Positions 19,961-28,197 of a stretch of DNA of 64,000 nucleotides are shown in pieces (within the stretch, counting starts at the first letter, position 1; each line of letters opens with the position of its first letter). The stretch is from positions 82,012 to 146,011 of the forward strand of contig CACNRI010000004.1 in NCBI GenBank assembly GCA_902622845.1, given 5' to 3'. Source of the stretch: an uncultured SAR86 cluster bacterium. GTDB taxonomy: Bacteria; Pseudomonadota; Gammaproteobacteria; Magnimaribacterales; D2472. Below the pieces are notes generated by a model. That model had not been told where the DNA came from. It searched no databases and worked only from the letters and a program-made list of their open reading frames with translations. Both the position numbers and the translations under genes were made by a program.

Positions 19961-22183
19961 ATGGATAAAAGATATGAGCCACTTATTATTGAAGAAAAGT
20001 GGTCAGAGCTTTGGGCAAAAAATAATTTAGGTAAAAATAACTCTTCACAAACCTTTTCGCAGGTTATACCACCTCCAAATGTAACTGGAACTCTTCATAT
20101 GGGGCATAGCTTCCAGTATTCAATAATGGATTTCTATGCCAGATACAATCACTTAAATGATGTAAATACTCATTGGCAGATGGGTACAGATCATGCAGGA
20201 ATTGCAACGCAAATGGTCGTTGAAAACAATCTATCCAGAGAAAATATTGATAAAAATAATTTGGGTAGAGAAGATTTTGTTAAAAAAGTTTGGGAGTGGA
20301 AAGAATTTTCAGAAAATAAAATTACTGGACAAATTAAAAGGTTAGGTAATTCAGTTGATTGGAGTAATTACAGGTTTACTTTAGATGAAGGTTTTAATGA
20401 AGCTGTTCTAAAGGCTTTTGTTGAGCTTTATAGGAAAGAGAAAATCTATCGAGGCTATAGGTTAGTAAACTGGGATCCATCTTTAAAAACTGCGGTTTCA
20501 GATCTGGAAGTTGTAAGACAAGAAAAAAGAGGTCTTATTTGGTATTTAAAGTATCCAATTATAGGTTCAGATGATTTTGTAACAGTTGCAACAACACGTC
20601 CGGAAACTATGTTTGGAGATATGGCAATTGCAGTTAATCCTGAAGATAAAAGATATAAAGATATCATTGGAAAAAAAGTTGAGCTTCCATTTGTAAAGAG
20701 AAAAATCCCAATAATTGGCGATGACTATGTGGATAAAGAGTTTGGGACAGGTTGCCTTAAGATTACTCCTGGGCATGACTTTAATGACTATGAAATTGGT
20801 AAAAAATACTGCCTTCATTGTGTAGATAATGAAGTTCATATATCTGATGATATTGAAGATTTTGAACCACTTAATATTTTTACTGATGAAGCACATAGTA
20901 ATGATAACGTCCCTTCTCCTTTCAAAAATTTAGACAGATTCAAAGTAAGAAAGCTTGTTCTTGAAGAAATTAAAAAGCTAGATTTATTTGTAAAAGAGGA
21001 GCCGCATGAAATCAGTGTTCCTCGAGGAGAGCGTTCAAATATAGTCATAGAGCCCAAACTAAGTTATCAGTGGTATGTAAAAACAAAGGACATGGCTGAT
21101 AAGGCAAATAAAGCTGTAAAAAATGGAGAAATTAAATTTCATCCCGAAAACTGGATTAAAACATATTTTAACTGGATGAATAATATTGAAGATTGGTGTA
21201 TTAGCAGACAAATCTGGTGGGGGCATAGAATTCCTGCTTGGTATGACGATCATGGAAATGTTTATGTGGGGTATTCTGAGAACGAAGTCCGAACTTATTA
21301 TTCACTCGATAATAGATCGCTGAGGCAAGATGATGATGTTTTAGATACATGGTTTTCCTCTAGCCTTTGGCCTTTTGCATCAATGGGGTGGCCAAATGAA
21401 TCAAAGAATTTAAAAACTTTTTTCCCAACAAACCTATTAGTTACTGGTTTTGACATTATTTTCTTCTGGGTTGCAAGAATGATCATGATGAGTATCGAAT
21501 TTACAGGAAAGATTCCATTTAAAGATATCTATGTTACTGGCCTGATAAGAGATGAAAATGGACAAAAAATGTCAAAGTCCAAAGGCAACATTATTGATCC
21601 TATTGACTTAATATATGGTATTTCTCTTGAAGATCTTCTCGAAAAAAGAACATCAAATCTTATGCAAGAAGGATTAGCAGAAAAGATTACTAGAAAAACC
21701 AAAAAACAATTTCCAAATGGTATTGAGTCATATGGGACTGATGCTTTGAGGATGACATTTTATTCTATTGCAACTAATGCTAAAGACATAAGTTTTGAAA
21801 TTGGGAGATTAAAAGGATTTAGAAATTTTTGCACCAAAATGTGGAATGCTGCAAGATTTATTAATGGTTATGAAAACAAAGGAAATAATTTTGAAGCTAA
21901 ATCTGAATCTGATAAATGGATATTAAAAGAATTTGAAGAGCTAAAAGCCCACGTTGAGGATAATGTAAATCATTACAGGTTGGATTTAGCTATTAATCAT
22001 GTCTATGAGTTTTTCTGGAATAAGTTTTGTGATGTTTACATTGAAGAATGCAAAAAAACTGGAGAAACTGACAACCTACATCCCCTTCTAAGGGAGATAC
22101 TCGTTTTTATTCACCCTTTTGCTCCATTTATAACTGAAGAAATTCATTCTATTATTTTCAAAGCGCCATTAATTGAAAGGTAG
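19961..22183 (+). CDS. valS: valine--tRNA ligase, short form lacking the C-terminal region
   Basis: 740 aa with HIGH (PNVTGTLHMGH), editing-domain blocks (TTRPETMFGD, GTGCLKITPGHD) and KMSKS at residues 536-540. It ends soon after HPFAPFITEEIH. See findings. Confidence 0.93.
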   Translation: MDKRYEPLIIEEKWSELWAKNNLGKNNSSQTFSQVIPPPNVTGTLHMGHSFQYSIMDFYARYNHLNDVNTHWQMGTDHAGIATQMVVENNLSRENIDKNNLGREDFVKKVWEWKEFSENKITGQIKRLGNSVDWSNYRFTLDEGFNEAVLKAFVELYRKEKIYRGYRLVNWDPSLKTAVSDLEVVRQEKRGLIWYLKYPIIGSDDFVTVATTRPETMFGDMAIAVNPEDKRYKDIIGKKVELPFVKRKIPIIGDDYVDKEFGTGCLKITPGHDFNDYEIGKKYCLHCVDNEVHISDDIEDFEPLNIFTDEAHSNDNVPSPFKNLDRFKVRKLVLEEIKKLDLFVKEEPHEISVPRGERSNIVIEPKLSYQWYVKTKDMADKANKAVKNGEIKFHPENWIKTYFNWMNNIEDWCISRQIWWGHRIPAWYDDHGNVYVGYSENEVRTYYSLDNRSLRQDDDVLDTWFSSSLWPFASMGWPNESKNLKTFFPTNLLVTGFDIIFFWVARMIMMSIEFTGKIPFKDIYVTGLIRDENGQKMSKSKGNIIDPIDLIYGISLEDLLEKRTSNLMQEGLAEKITRKTKKQFPNGIESYGTDALRMTFYSIATNAKDISFEIGRLKGFRNFCTKMWNAARFINGYENKGNNFEAKSESDKWILKEFEELKAHVEDNVNHYRLDLAINHVYEFFWNKFCDVYIEECKKTGETDNLHPLLREILVFIHPFAPFITEEIHSIIFKAPLIER

Positions 22184-22186
22184 GAG

Positions 22187-23515
22187 TTATAGTTTCTGAA
22201 ATTCATATATGGAGCCAGTTCCAAAGATTTGCGTAAGCTCGTCTAGGACCCTTCTGCTCTCATCAAGTAGATTCGGATCCTTCAGATCATCTGGATAAAG
22301 TTCATCTCTGTACTCTCTTTCAATTAATAGTTTAATAGATTCTAGTCTCTCATTATTCATTAGAAAGTTTTGGTTAAGACTTTCAAGTTCTTCATCATTT
22401 AAAATCAATTTTAATCTTAAACATGCTGGCCCTCCTCCATTCTTCATACTTTGCCTAATATCAACAAAATCAAAAAGCTTTACATCTGAGATTTGTTTTA
22501 GTTTATCTAGCCAAGACATGCAATTCTCATATCCTTTTACTTCTTCAGGAAGAATTAATTGCATCTCATTATCCCCATTCGTTATGAGTTGAGAATTAAG
22601 GAGATATGAGCTAATGATGTCCTTTAAAGGAATTTCAGAGTCAGAAATCTCAATATATTGGAAATTGTCAATTTTAGATTTAAGTATATTTAGCACTTTA
22701 TTTAAATCATCTTTATTTTGAAAAGCATTTTCATGAGCAATGAAGACACTCTCATTTGAGAGACTGACTATATCATTATGAAAGCTTCCTTCTTTAACAG
22801 CTTGATGATTTTGCTGAAGAAAAAAAGTATTTTCCATATCTAACTTATGATTAAAGGCAATTGATCTGGAAACTTCAAGCGCTTGTCTTTTTACTGATGT
22901 TTTATCATTTTTAAAACCGCTTTCACCATATACAAATATTTCAAAGCCTTTCTCATTGTGGGATTTACTTATTCTTAAATGATTTGCTGCCCCCTCATCA
23001 CCATAGCCTGAAATAGTGGGGGCTGGATTATGGATCTCAAAATAATTTTTTGGAAAAATTATTTTGCATTGTTGATATGTAAATTCTGTTTCAATGCTCC
23101 TATGAAACATAGTATTTAGATTTGCTGGCGTTAAGTGAACCTTATCATCTTGGGTATCAGGACCTGGGGATACAGTTGCTGCATTAGCTGCCCACATTGA
23201 CGAGGCAGATGAAAAATTACTTAATAAGACTTTAGAATGATGGAATGCTGAAGACAATATCTCTTCATCAGTGCCATTAAAGCCAAGCTTTTTTAGTCCT
23301 GGAATAAAAGGCCTTTCATGAGGAAGAAAAAAACCCTGTTTTAGTCCTGAAGCAATTAAAGTTTCTGCTTTTTTAATTCCTTGTAACGCTGCATTTTTGG
23401 GGTTAGAGGGTGAAGAAAAGTTTTTTTTTGATGCATTATTTCCCTCAGATAATCCTGAATAGTTATGTGTGGGGCCAATTAAGCCATCAAAGTTTATTTC
23501 AGACATTGATTGCAA
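22187..23515 (-). CDS. astB: N-succinylarginine dihydrolase
   Basis: 442 aa. The N-terminus (MQS)MSEINFDGLIGPTHNYSGLSEGNNAS parallels E. coli AstB ([24 protein letters not shown]). A C-terminal GGGPACLRL carries the catalytic Cys. Confidence 0.9.
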   Translation of the reverse strand: MQSMSEINFDGLIGPTHNYSGLSEGNNASKKNFSSPSNPKNAALQGIKKAETLIASGLKQGFFLPHERPFIPGLKKLGFNGTDEEILSSAFHHSKVLLSNFSSASSMWAANAATVSPGPDTQDDKVHLTPANLNTMFHRSIETEFTYQQCKIIFPKNYFEIHNPAPTISGYGDEGAANHLRISKSHNEKGFEIFVYGESGFKNDKTSVKRQALEVSRSIAFNHKLDMENTFFLQQNHQAVKEGSFHNDIVSLSNESVFIAHENAFQNKDDLNKVLNILKSKIDNFQYIEISDSEIPLKDIISSYLLNSQLITNGDNEMQLILPEEVKGYENCMSWLDKLKQISDVKLFDFVDIRQSMKNGGGPACLRLKLILNDEELESLNQNFLMNNERLESIKLLIEREYRDELYPDDLKDPNLLDESRRVLDELTQIFGTGSIYEFQKL

Positions 23516-24503
23516 CCTTACTATTGGTGCCTAATTTTAGACTATCTATAAGGTTCCTATGAATTGAAACCCTTTCACCATCAAATGAGAAATTTGATCT
23601 TACAACTCTAAAACCTTTAAGATCAGTATTAGAAATGAGGCTAATATATTGTTTTTTTGGTAGGCCAAATGATTTAATTTTTACAGAGCGATTATTCTTA
23701 ATAGTTTTAATTTCATCTAAATTGCACTCAAGGCATGGTCCAGCATCAATAATATCGACCATCCCATTAGATTTAAAGTTCTGAGATTCCATCATTTTAA
23801 AAGCAGGAAGTGCATTATCATTAGGAACTCCAATTATCCTCTGAGCTGATCTATTTAATGGGCTAACCAAAAAAGGATGTTTAGGTATAGACTCTGAAAT
23901 AAAAGAGTTATTTATGTAACTTATTTCATTATTATTGAAAACTTCCTCATCAAAAAAATGCTTACTAAAGTGTTTCCAGAAGATTGAATTATCATCTTTA
24001 TCTACCTTACCTCTTATTTCCGCAACGATTTTCTTATCAAACCTTTCTGGCCAAAGTGCCATGAACTTAAAACGTGCAAGGGATAATAAAGATCCTCTAC
24101 CCTTTCCTCTAAAGTCAGGATGCAAAAAAAGTGTTCCTAGCTCAGTATATGGATTTTTTACTGTATGCAACTGAATAACATCAAGGCTTTTCTTGAAATT
24201 AAAAGATTTAGAGGCAATGTTCTTTTTTTTTCTTTTAAAAAAAACTGATGTTCCATTCTTCGATACAGATGTATAGATTGCAGAAATGCCAACTATTTTA
24301 TTGTTTTCTTTTAGCACAAAAAGGTAAGAATCTTTATCCGGTCTTTTAATTTTTTTATTTAAAGATTTTTTTGACCAACTAATTCTTTCGAGAACTTCTT
24401 TTTTTGATTTTGGCAAGGTTGTCATACCCGAATCGCCTTCTTTAATTAAATCATAAATCTCTTGGCAATCTTTTACCTTAGCTAAGCGAACAAACATATG
24501 CAA
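23499..24503 (-). CDS. astA: arginine N-succinyltransferase
   Basis: 334 aa, collinear with E. coli AstA blocks (TELGTLFLHPDFRGKG, KIVAEIRGKVD, FWKHFSKHFF, IPKHP, DIIDAGPCLEC). It overlaps astB by 17 nt. Confidence 0.85.
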   Translation of the reverse strand: MHMFVRLAKVKDCQEIYDLIKEGDSGMTTLPKSKKEVLERISWSKKSLNKKIKRPDKDSYLFVLKENNKIVGISAIYTSVSKNGTSVFFKRKKKNIASKSFNFKKSLDVIQLHTVKNPYTELGTLFLHPDFRGKGRGSLLSLARFKFMALWPERFDKKIVAEIRGKVDKDDNSIFWKHFSKHFFDEEVFNNNEISYINNSFISESIPKHPFLVSPLNRSAQRIIGVPNDNALPAFKMMESQNFKSNGMVDIIDAGPCLECNLDEIKTIKNNRSVKIKSFGLPKKQYISLISNTDLKGFRVVRSNFSFDGERVSIHRNLIDSLKLGTNSKVAINV

Positions 24504-24506
24504 AAA

Positions 24507-26255
24507 CTAGAAAAGAGAATTATTAAAAGATATTTTAAAGTTATAATTTATCGATAAACCATCATTTGATGATTCGGGAGTTATCAGAATGACATCAATG
24601 TCTCCGTCTCCATCAAAATCTATCCAAGAATTATTTACACTTTTTGGATCAAGGCCAATTAAATCTGAAATATCTTGAGTAATCCATTCCTGAGTAATGG
24701 TTTCGTCCTCATTAGTGATAACACTCTTTTCAAATGCGGTAAAGTGTTTATCACTTACTAAATTATCGGCGCTAAATGGCAGTTCAGTATATGGTAGAAA
24801 TATATCTGCGTATCCGCTTGAATCAAAATCAAAAAGTAAAAAATCTTTGGTAAAGTTTAAGCCTCCATCAAATGAAAACTCCTCAGGGAAATCACCATTA
24901 TTTATTGAAGCCAATTCATTAGTGGCGTCCTCCTCATCTGAAATGATCTTTTCATAAATGCTTAGTTTGTATAATGAGTTTGAGAAACTTTTTTCGAAAA
25001 CAAAAAGATCAGTATATCCGTCTAGATTTCCATCTGCAGCAACCATTTTTAAAGCAATACCATCACCAGAGGAGATGGAAGTTGTTAAATAATCATTTGT
25101 ACTAATGGACCAATCAAAGTAGGTATCATCATCTACAATTCTTGTATCATAAAGAATATAGCTCACACCATCAGAAGTTGAAACTGAGTTGATTACATCT
25201 AAAGTACCATCATCGTTAGCTGGAGTGATTACTGAGTTTTTAAAGTTATATTCTTTATCAATCCAGTCACATAAAAAAGTTAATCCCTCAAGACAGCCTT
25301 GATCACGAGTAAATGGATTTAAGGTATCTAAAGGAGGAGCGATAAGAACAAAAGGGCCCTCTTCAGATGGAATAATGTAGAAAGGTAAATCAGTTGATCC
25401 GCCATTTCCAAATAACAAAATATCAGGTTTAAAATTTGCGTTAACATCATATGCAACATGAGAACCAATGTTGACATTGGAAAGATCTAAATTAGTTTCA
25501 TTTGTTAAATAACTTTCATCTTGCAATGTCAAGCCATCTTCAGAGGCTAAAAAGAAACATATTCCTCTCTTGTTTAATGATTCATTTCCAGATTTGGATA
25601 TAGACATAATATCTAAAAGTCCATCATCGTTATAGTCAGCCCTGATAAATTCGTCAGCAACACAAATATCTTGATTAAGATCAATAAAAGTATATGGATC
25701 GTCCTCAGTTATTGTGGATACATCTTGTCCATAAAATGTAAGAAAATAATATCTAGTATCTGATGATGCGATAACTTCTAATAACATTACCAAGTCAAGA
25801 CGAAAATCAGCATTAAAGTCTGCTATCGTTGTATCAAGAACCGATACTTGGCTTGATGCGCTTAGAGATAAGGAACCTAAGTCAAAGGTATCAACATCTA
25901 TGTAATCAAAATAATCTTTAAACTCTTTGCTTACAGTTACATCTGTTGAAGCATTTACGAAGTTAATACTTGTTCTGCATTGAACCCCGTAATTAGCAAT
26001 GCCCTCTCTTTTAGCAACAAAATCTTGGCTGCCAGAAGGTTCTAACTCTCCAAGCCAAGATCCAGTAACTGAAGTCGCATAACATTGACTTGCATTGGAC
26101 TGCCACGAAATTGTATAAACTTCATCATAAGCAGGATTATCATTTGATGAAGTAACTGTTGCCTCTATTGTTGACAGGCTTTCGCCATCGCTTCCACTGC
26201 AGCCGACTAAAGCCAAAATTACTGACAAAGTGATGAAATTGTTAAGTTTGAACAT
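24507..26255 (-). CDS. FG-GAP/VCBS-repeat (integrin-alpha-like beta-propeller) lipoprotein, function unknown
   Basis: 582 aa. It has a signal peptide with the lipobox LVGC (MFKLNNFITLSVILALVGCSG). Seven spaced D-x-[DN]-x-D-G-x-x-D-like calcium-loop motifs are present: DFNADFRLDL, DYNDDGLLDI, DVNANFKPDI, ANDDGTLDV, DGNLDGYTDL, DFDSSGYADI and DFDGDGDIDV. Confidence 0.7.
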   Translation of the reverse strand: MFKLNNFITLSVILALVGCSGSDGESLSTIEATVTSSNDNPAYDEVYTISWQSNASQCYATSVTGSWLGELEPSGSQDFVAKREGIANYGVQCRTSINFVNASTDVTVSKEFKDYFDYIDVDTFDLGSLSLSASSQVSVLDTTIADFNADFRLDLVMLLEVIASSDTRYYFLTFYGQDVSTITEDDPYTFIDLNQDICVADEFIRADYNDDGLLDIMSISKSGNESLNKRGICFFLASEDGLTLQDESYLTNETNLDLSNVNIGSHVAYDVNANFKPDILLFGNGGSTDLPFYIIPSEEGPFVLIAPPLDTLNPFTRDQGCLEGLTFLCDWIDKEYNFKNSVITPANDDGTLDVINSVSTSDGVSYILYDTRIVDDDTYFDWSISTNDYLTTSISSGDGIALKMVAADGNLDGYTDLFVFEKSFSNSLYKLSIYEKIISDEEDATNELASINNGDFPEEFSFDGGLNFTKDFLLFDFDSSGYADIFLPYTELPFSADNLVSDKHFTAFEKSVITNEDETITQEWITQDISDLIGLDPKSVNNSWIDFDGDGDIDVILITPESSNDGLSINYNFKISFNNSLF

Positions 26256-26310
26256 AATTTGTAAACAATTATCTCATATTATATGTAATGTTCTACAAAG
26301 CTTTTAGTTT

Positions 26311-26772
26311 TTATTTAGATACCTGATAAATCATCTTTATGTGGTCAATTCCATCTTCTAAATATACTTCTCCCTCAGTTTCAAAACCTAAGTTCTCATA
26401 AAAATTTACCAGCCTAAATTGAGCTGATATACAGACATCAGAATTAATAAATTTTTCTTTCAAAAAGATAATTGCTTCTTGTGTTATCTTTTTACCAAAG
26501 CTTTCTCCTCTATATTTTTTATCAACTACAATTCTCCCTATAGATGAAGACTTATATTTAATTCCTGGTGGAAAAACTCTTGCATAACCAATAAGACTCT
26601 TGTTGCAGTAAACGAGCAGATGATGGGCCTTTTGATCGAAGTAATCAATATCTTCATAAAAACAATCTTGCTCTATTATAAAAACCTTTTGCCTAAGGTT
26701 TAGAATATCGTATAACTGATCCTTTGTAAGTGATTCAAAGCTTTGCCAAATTAACTTAATTTTATTGGTCAT
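26311..26772 (-). CDS. GNAT-family N-acetyltransferase, ElaA-like
   Basis: 153 aa. The N-terminal LTKDQLYDILNLRQKVFIIEQDCFYEDID resembles the E. coli ElaA block (LYALLQLRCAVFVVEQNCPYQDID). The acetyl-CoA motif is KKYRGESFGKKI. Confidence 0.7.
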   Translation of the reverse strand: MTNKIKLIWQSFESLTKDQLYDILNLRQKVFIIEQDCFYEDIDYFDQKAHHLLVYCNKSLIGYARVFPPGIKYKSSSIGRIVVDKKYRGESFGKKITQEAIIFLKEKFINSDVCISAQFRLVNFYENLGFETEGEVYLEDGIDHIKMIYQVSK

Positions 26773-26853
26773 AATTAAAAAATTTATGCTGTATAATAGC
26801 CTTTAGGGAGACTTTTCTTCAAATTTACTTCAATCAATAAGCCGTATTAATTC

Positions 26854-27333
26854 ATGAATAATATTTATGACATTCATATTAAAGACTCCTCCAACAAAGA
26901 AGTCAGCATGTCCAAATTTGAAGGAAAAACACTTTTGATAGTGAATGTTGCTAGCAAGTGTGGTCTTACTCCACAATATGAGGGGCTTCAGTCACTATAT
27001 GAAGAGTATAAAGATAGGAATTTTGTAGTTTTAGGATTTCCGTGCAATCAATTTGGTGGGCAAGAGCCAGGAACTAATTCTGAAATAAATAATTTTTGTG
27101 AAATAAATTACTCAGTAACCTTTCCAATCTTCTCAAAAATTAAAGTAAATGGTCCAGACTCTCATCCACTTTTCAAGCTTTTAAAAAATGATAAGCCAGG
27201 CATATTTAGAACAGAGTCCATAAAATGGAACTTTACAAAATTTCTTGTTAACAGCAGTGGAAAAATCATAGACAGATTTAGTCCACGAGTTGAGCCAAAA
27301 TATATAAGAAGTGAGATAGAAAGAATCTTATAA
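26854..27333 (+). CDS. glutathione peroxidase (Cys-type)
   Basis: 159 aa with VNVASKCGLTPQY (catalytic Cys encoded by TGT at 26959-26961), LGFPCNQFGGQEPG and WNFTKFLV. Confidence 0.9.
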   Translation: MNNIYDIHIKDSSNKEVSMSKFEGKTLLIVNVASKCGLTPQYEGLQSLYEEYKDRNFVVLGFPCNQFGGQEPGTNSEINNFCEINYSVTFPIFSKIKVNGPDSHPLFKLLKNDKPGIFRTESIKWNFTKFLVNSSGKIIDRFSPRVEPKYIRSEIERIL

Positions 27334-27765
27334 CCCTTGCTTTGACATCAATAATGCATCTTCTTTTGGGTTTCCATTATAGTAGTTATATCTAATTGCA
27401 TCCCTTTTAAAGCCATACTTTTCATAAAAAGAAATTGCCAATTCATTGCTTACTCTTACCTCAAGAAAAATAACTGTAGCACCAAGCACCTTCGATTGAT
27501 ATATAAACTTTTCTAGGATCTTATTGCCAAAGCCTTTTTTCTGATGATCTTTTGAAACTGTTATATTTAATAAGTGTGAGTCAGATCCTGCAATCGAAAA
27601 AAAAGCATAACCGACAATATTTCCTTCAATTTTGAGAATTAAAGAGCCATTTCCAGCATTTATTGAAGACTCAAAGTTTTCCTTAGACCAAGGATGCTTA
27701 TTTGTATTTTTTTCTATATTGTATATTTCTTCTATGTCATAAATACTAGCTGGTTTCATCTGCAT
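27328..27765 (-). CDS. rimI: ribosomal protein S18-alanine N-acetyltransferase
   Basis: 145 aa, collinear with E. coli RimI (HPWS, LLNITV, HQKKGFG, LEVRVSNELAISFYEKYGF, IRYNYY...EDALLM). It overlaps the upstream holD-like gene by 20 nt. Confidence 0.8.
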   Translation of the reverse strand: MQMKPASIYDIEEIYNIEKNTNKHPWSKENFESSINAGNGSLILKIEGNIVGYAFFSIAGSDSHLLNITVSKDHQKKGFGNKILEKFIYQSKVLGATVIFLEVRVSNELAISFYEKYGFKRDAIRYNYYNGNPKEDALLMSKQGL

Positions 27766-28168
27766 TTTTGTACTCCTTAATTTTTAACCAAAGTTCTTTC
27801 TTGTCATTAAGATTTTTTTCCAATGTTTGAAGGGGTACTGATTGAATAAAGTGTAAGGATTTTATTTTTAAATGTGTTTTATTTTTATTAAATGAAATTA
27901 GTAGCCTCAGCTTTTTAGGAACTTCATCGATGCTATGAATTTCTTTTTCAAATGGATACTCTGACTCTTCTCCAAGAATAGATTTTATAATTTTAATTAA
28001 TAGCTTTAGTTCATTTTCTTCTAATTGATTAAATGATTTATCTAAGAGTGTTAGAATATCGCCCCAAAGGACTCCAAATATAATATTTGAATTGGGATTT
28101 TCTTTTTGGAGCTGAAATCCTTGAATTCCTAATTTGGATAAAATAAAGGATGACTTAATATCAAACAT
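27746..28168 (-). CDS. holD: putative DNA polymerase III psi subunit (HolD-like), highly diverged
   Basis: 140 aa, directly upstream of and overlapping rimI as in E. coli holD-rimI. The N-terminal LSKLGIQGFQL resembles QLQQLGITQWSL. The C-terminal LQTLEKNLNDKKELWLKIKE resembles LTDLRANPTARAALWQQI. The call rests on synteny plus these two short motifs only. Confidence 0.5.
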   Translation of the reverse strand: MFDIKSSFILSKLGIQGFQLQKENPNSNIIFGVLWGDILTLLDKSFNQLEENELKLLIKIIKSILGEESEYPFEKEIHSIDEVPKKLRLLISFNKNKTHLKIKSLHFIQSVPLQTLEKNLNDKKELWLKIKEYKNADETS

Positions 28169-28197
28169 TTTTTGATGTTAACATTTTGATAAATTAA

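Noticed and set aside
24225-24250. Homopolymer tracts (T9 and A8) inside astA that could act as slippage or phase-variation sites.
   Set aside because: They encode a Lys-rich patch (FFKRKKKNIAS) in frame, and similar runs occur throughout this AT-rich sequence, for example at the tilS 3' end. Nothing suggests a switch.
26959-26961. A possible selenocysteine in the glutathione peroxidase.
   Set aside because: The catalytic residue is encoded by TGT (Cys), not TGA, and the ORF has no in-frame stop.
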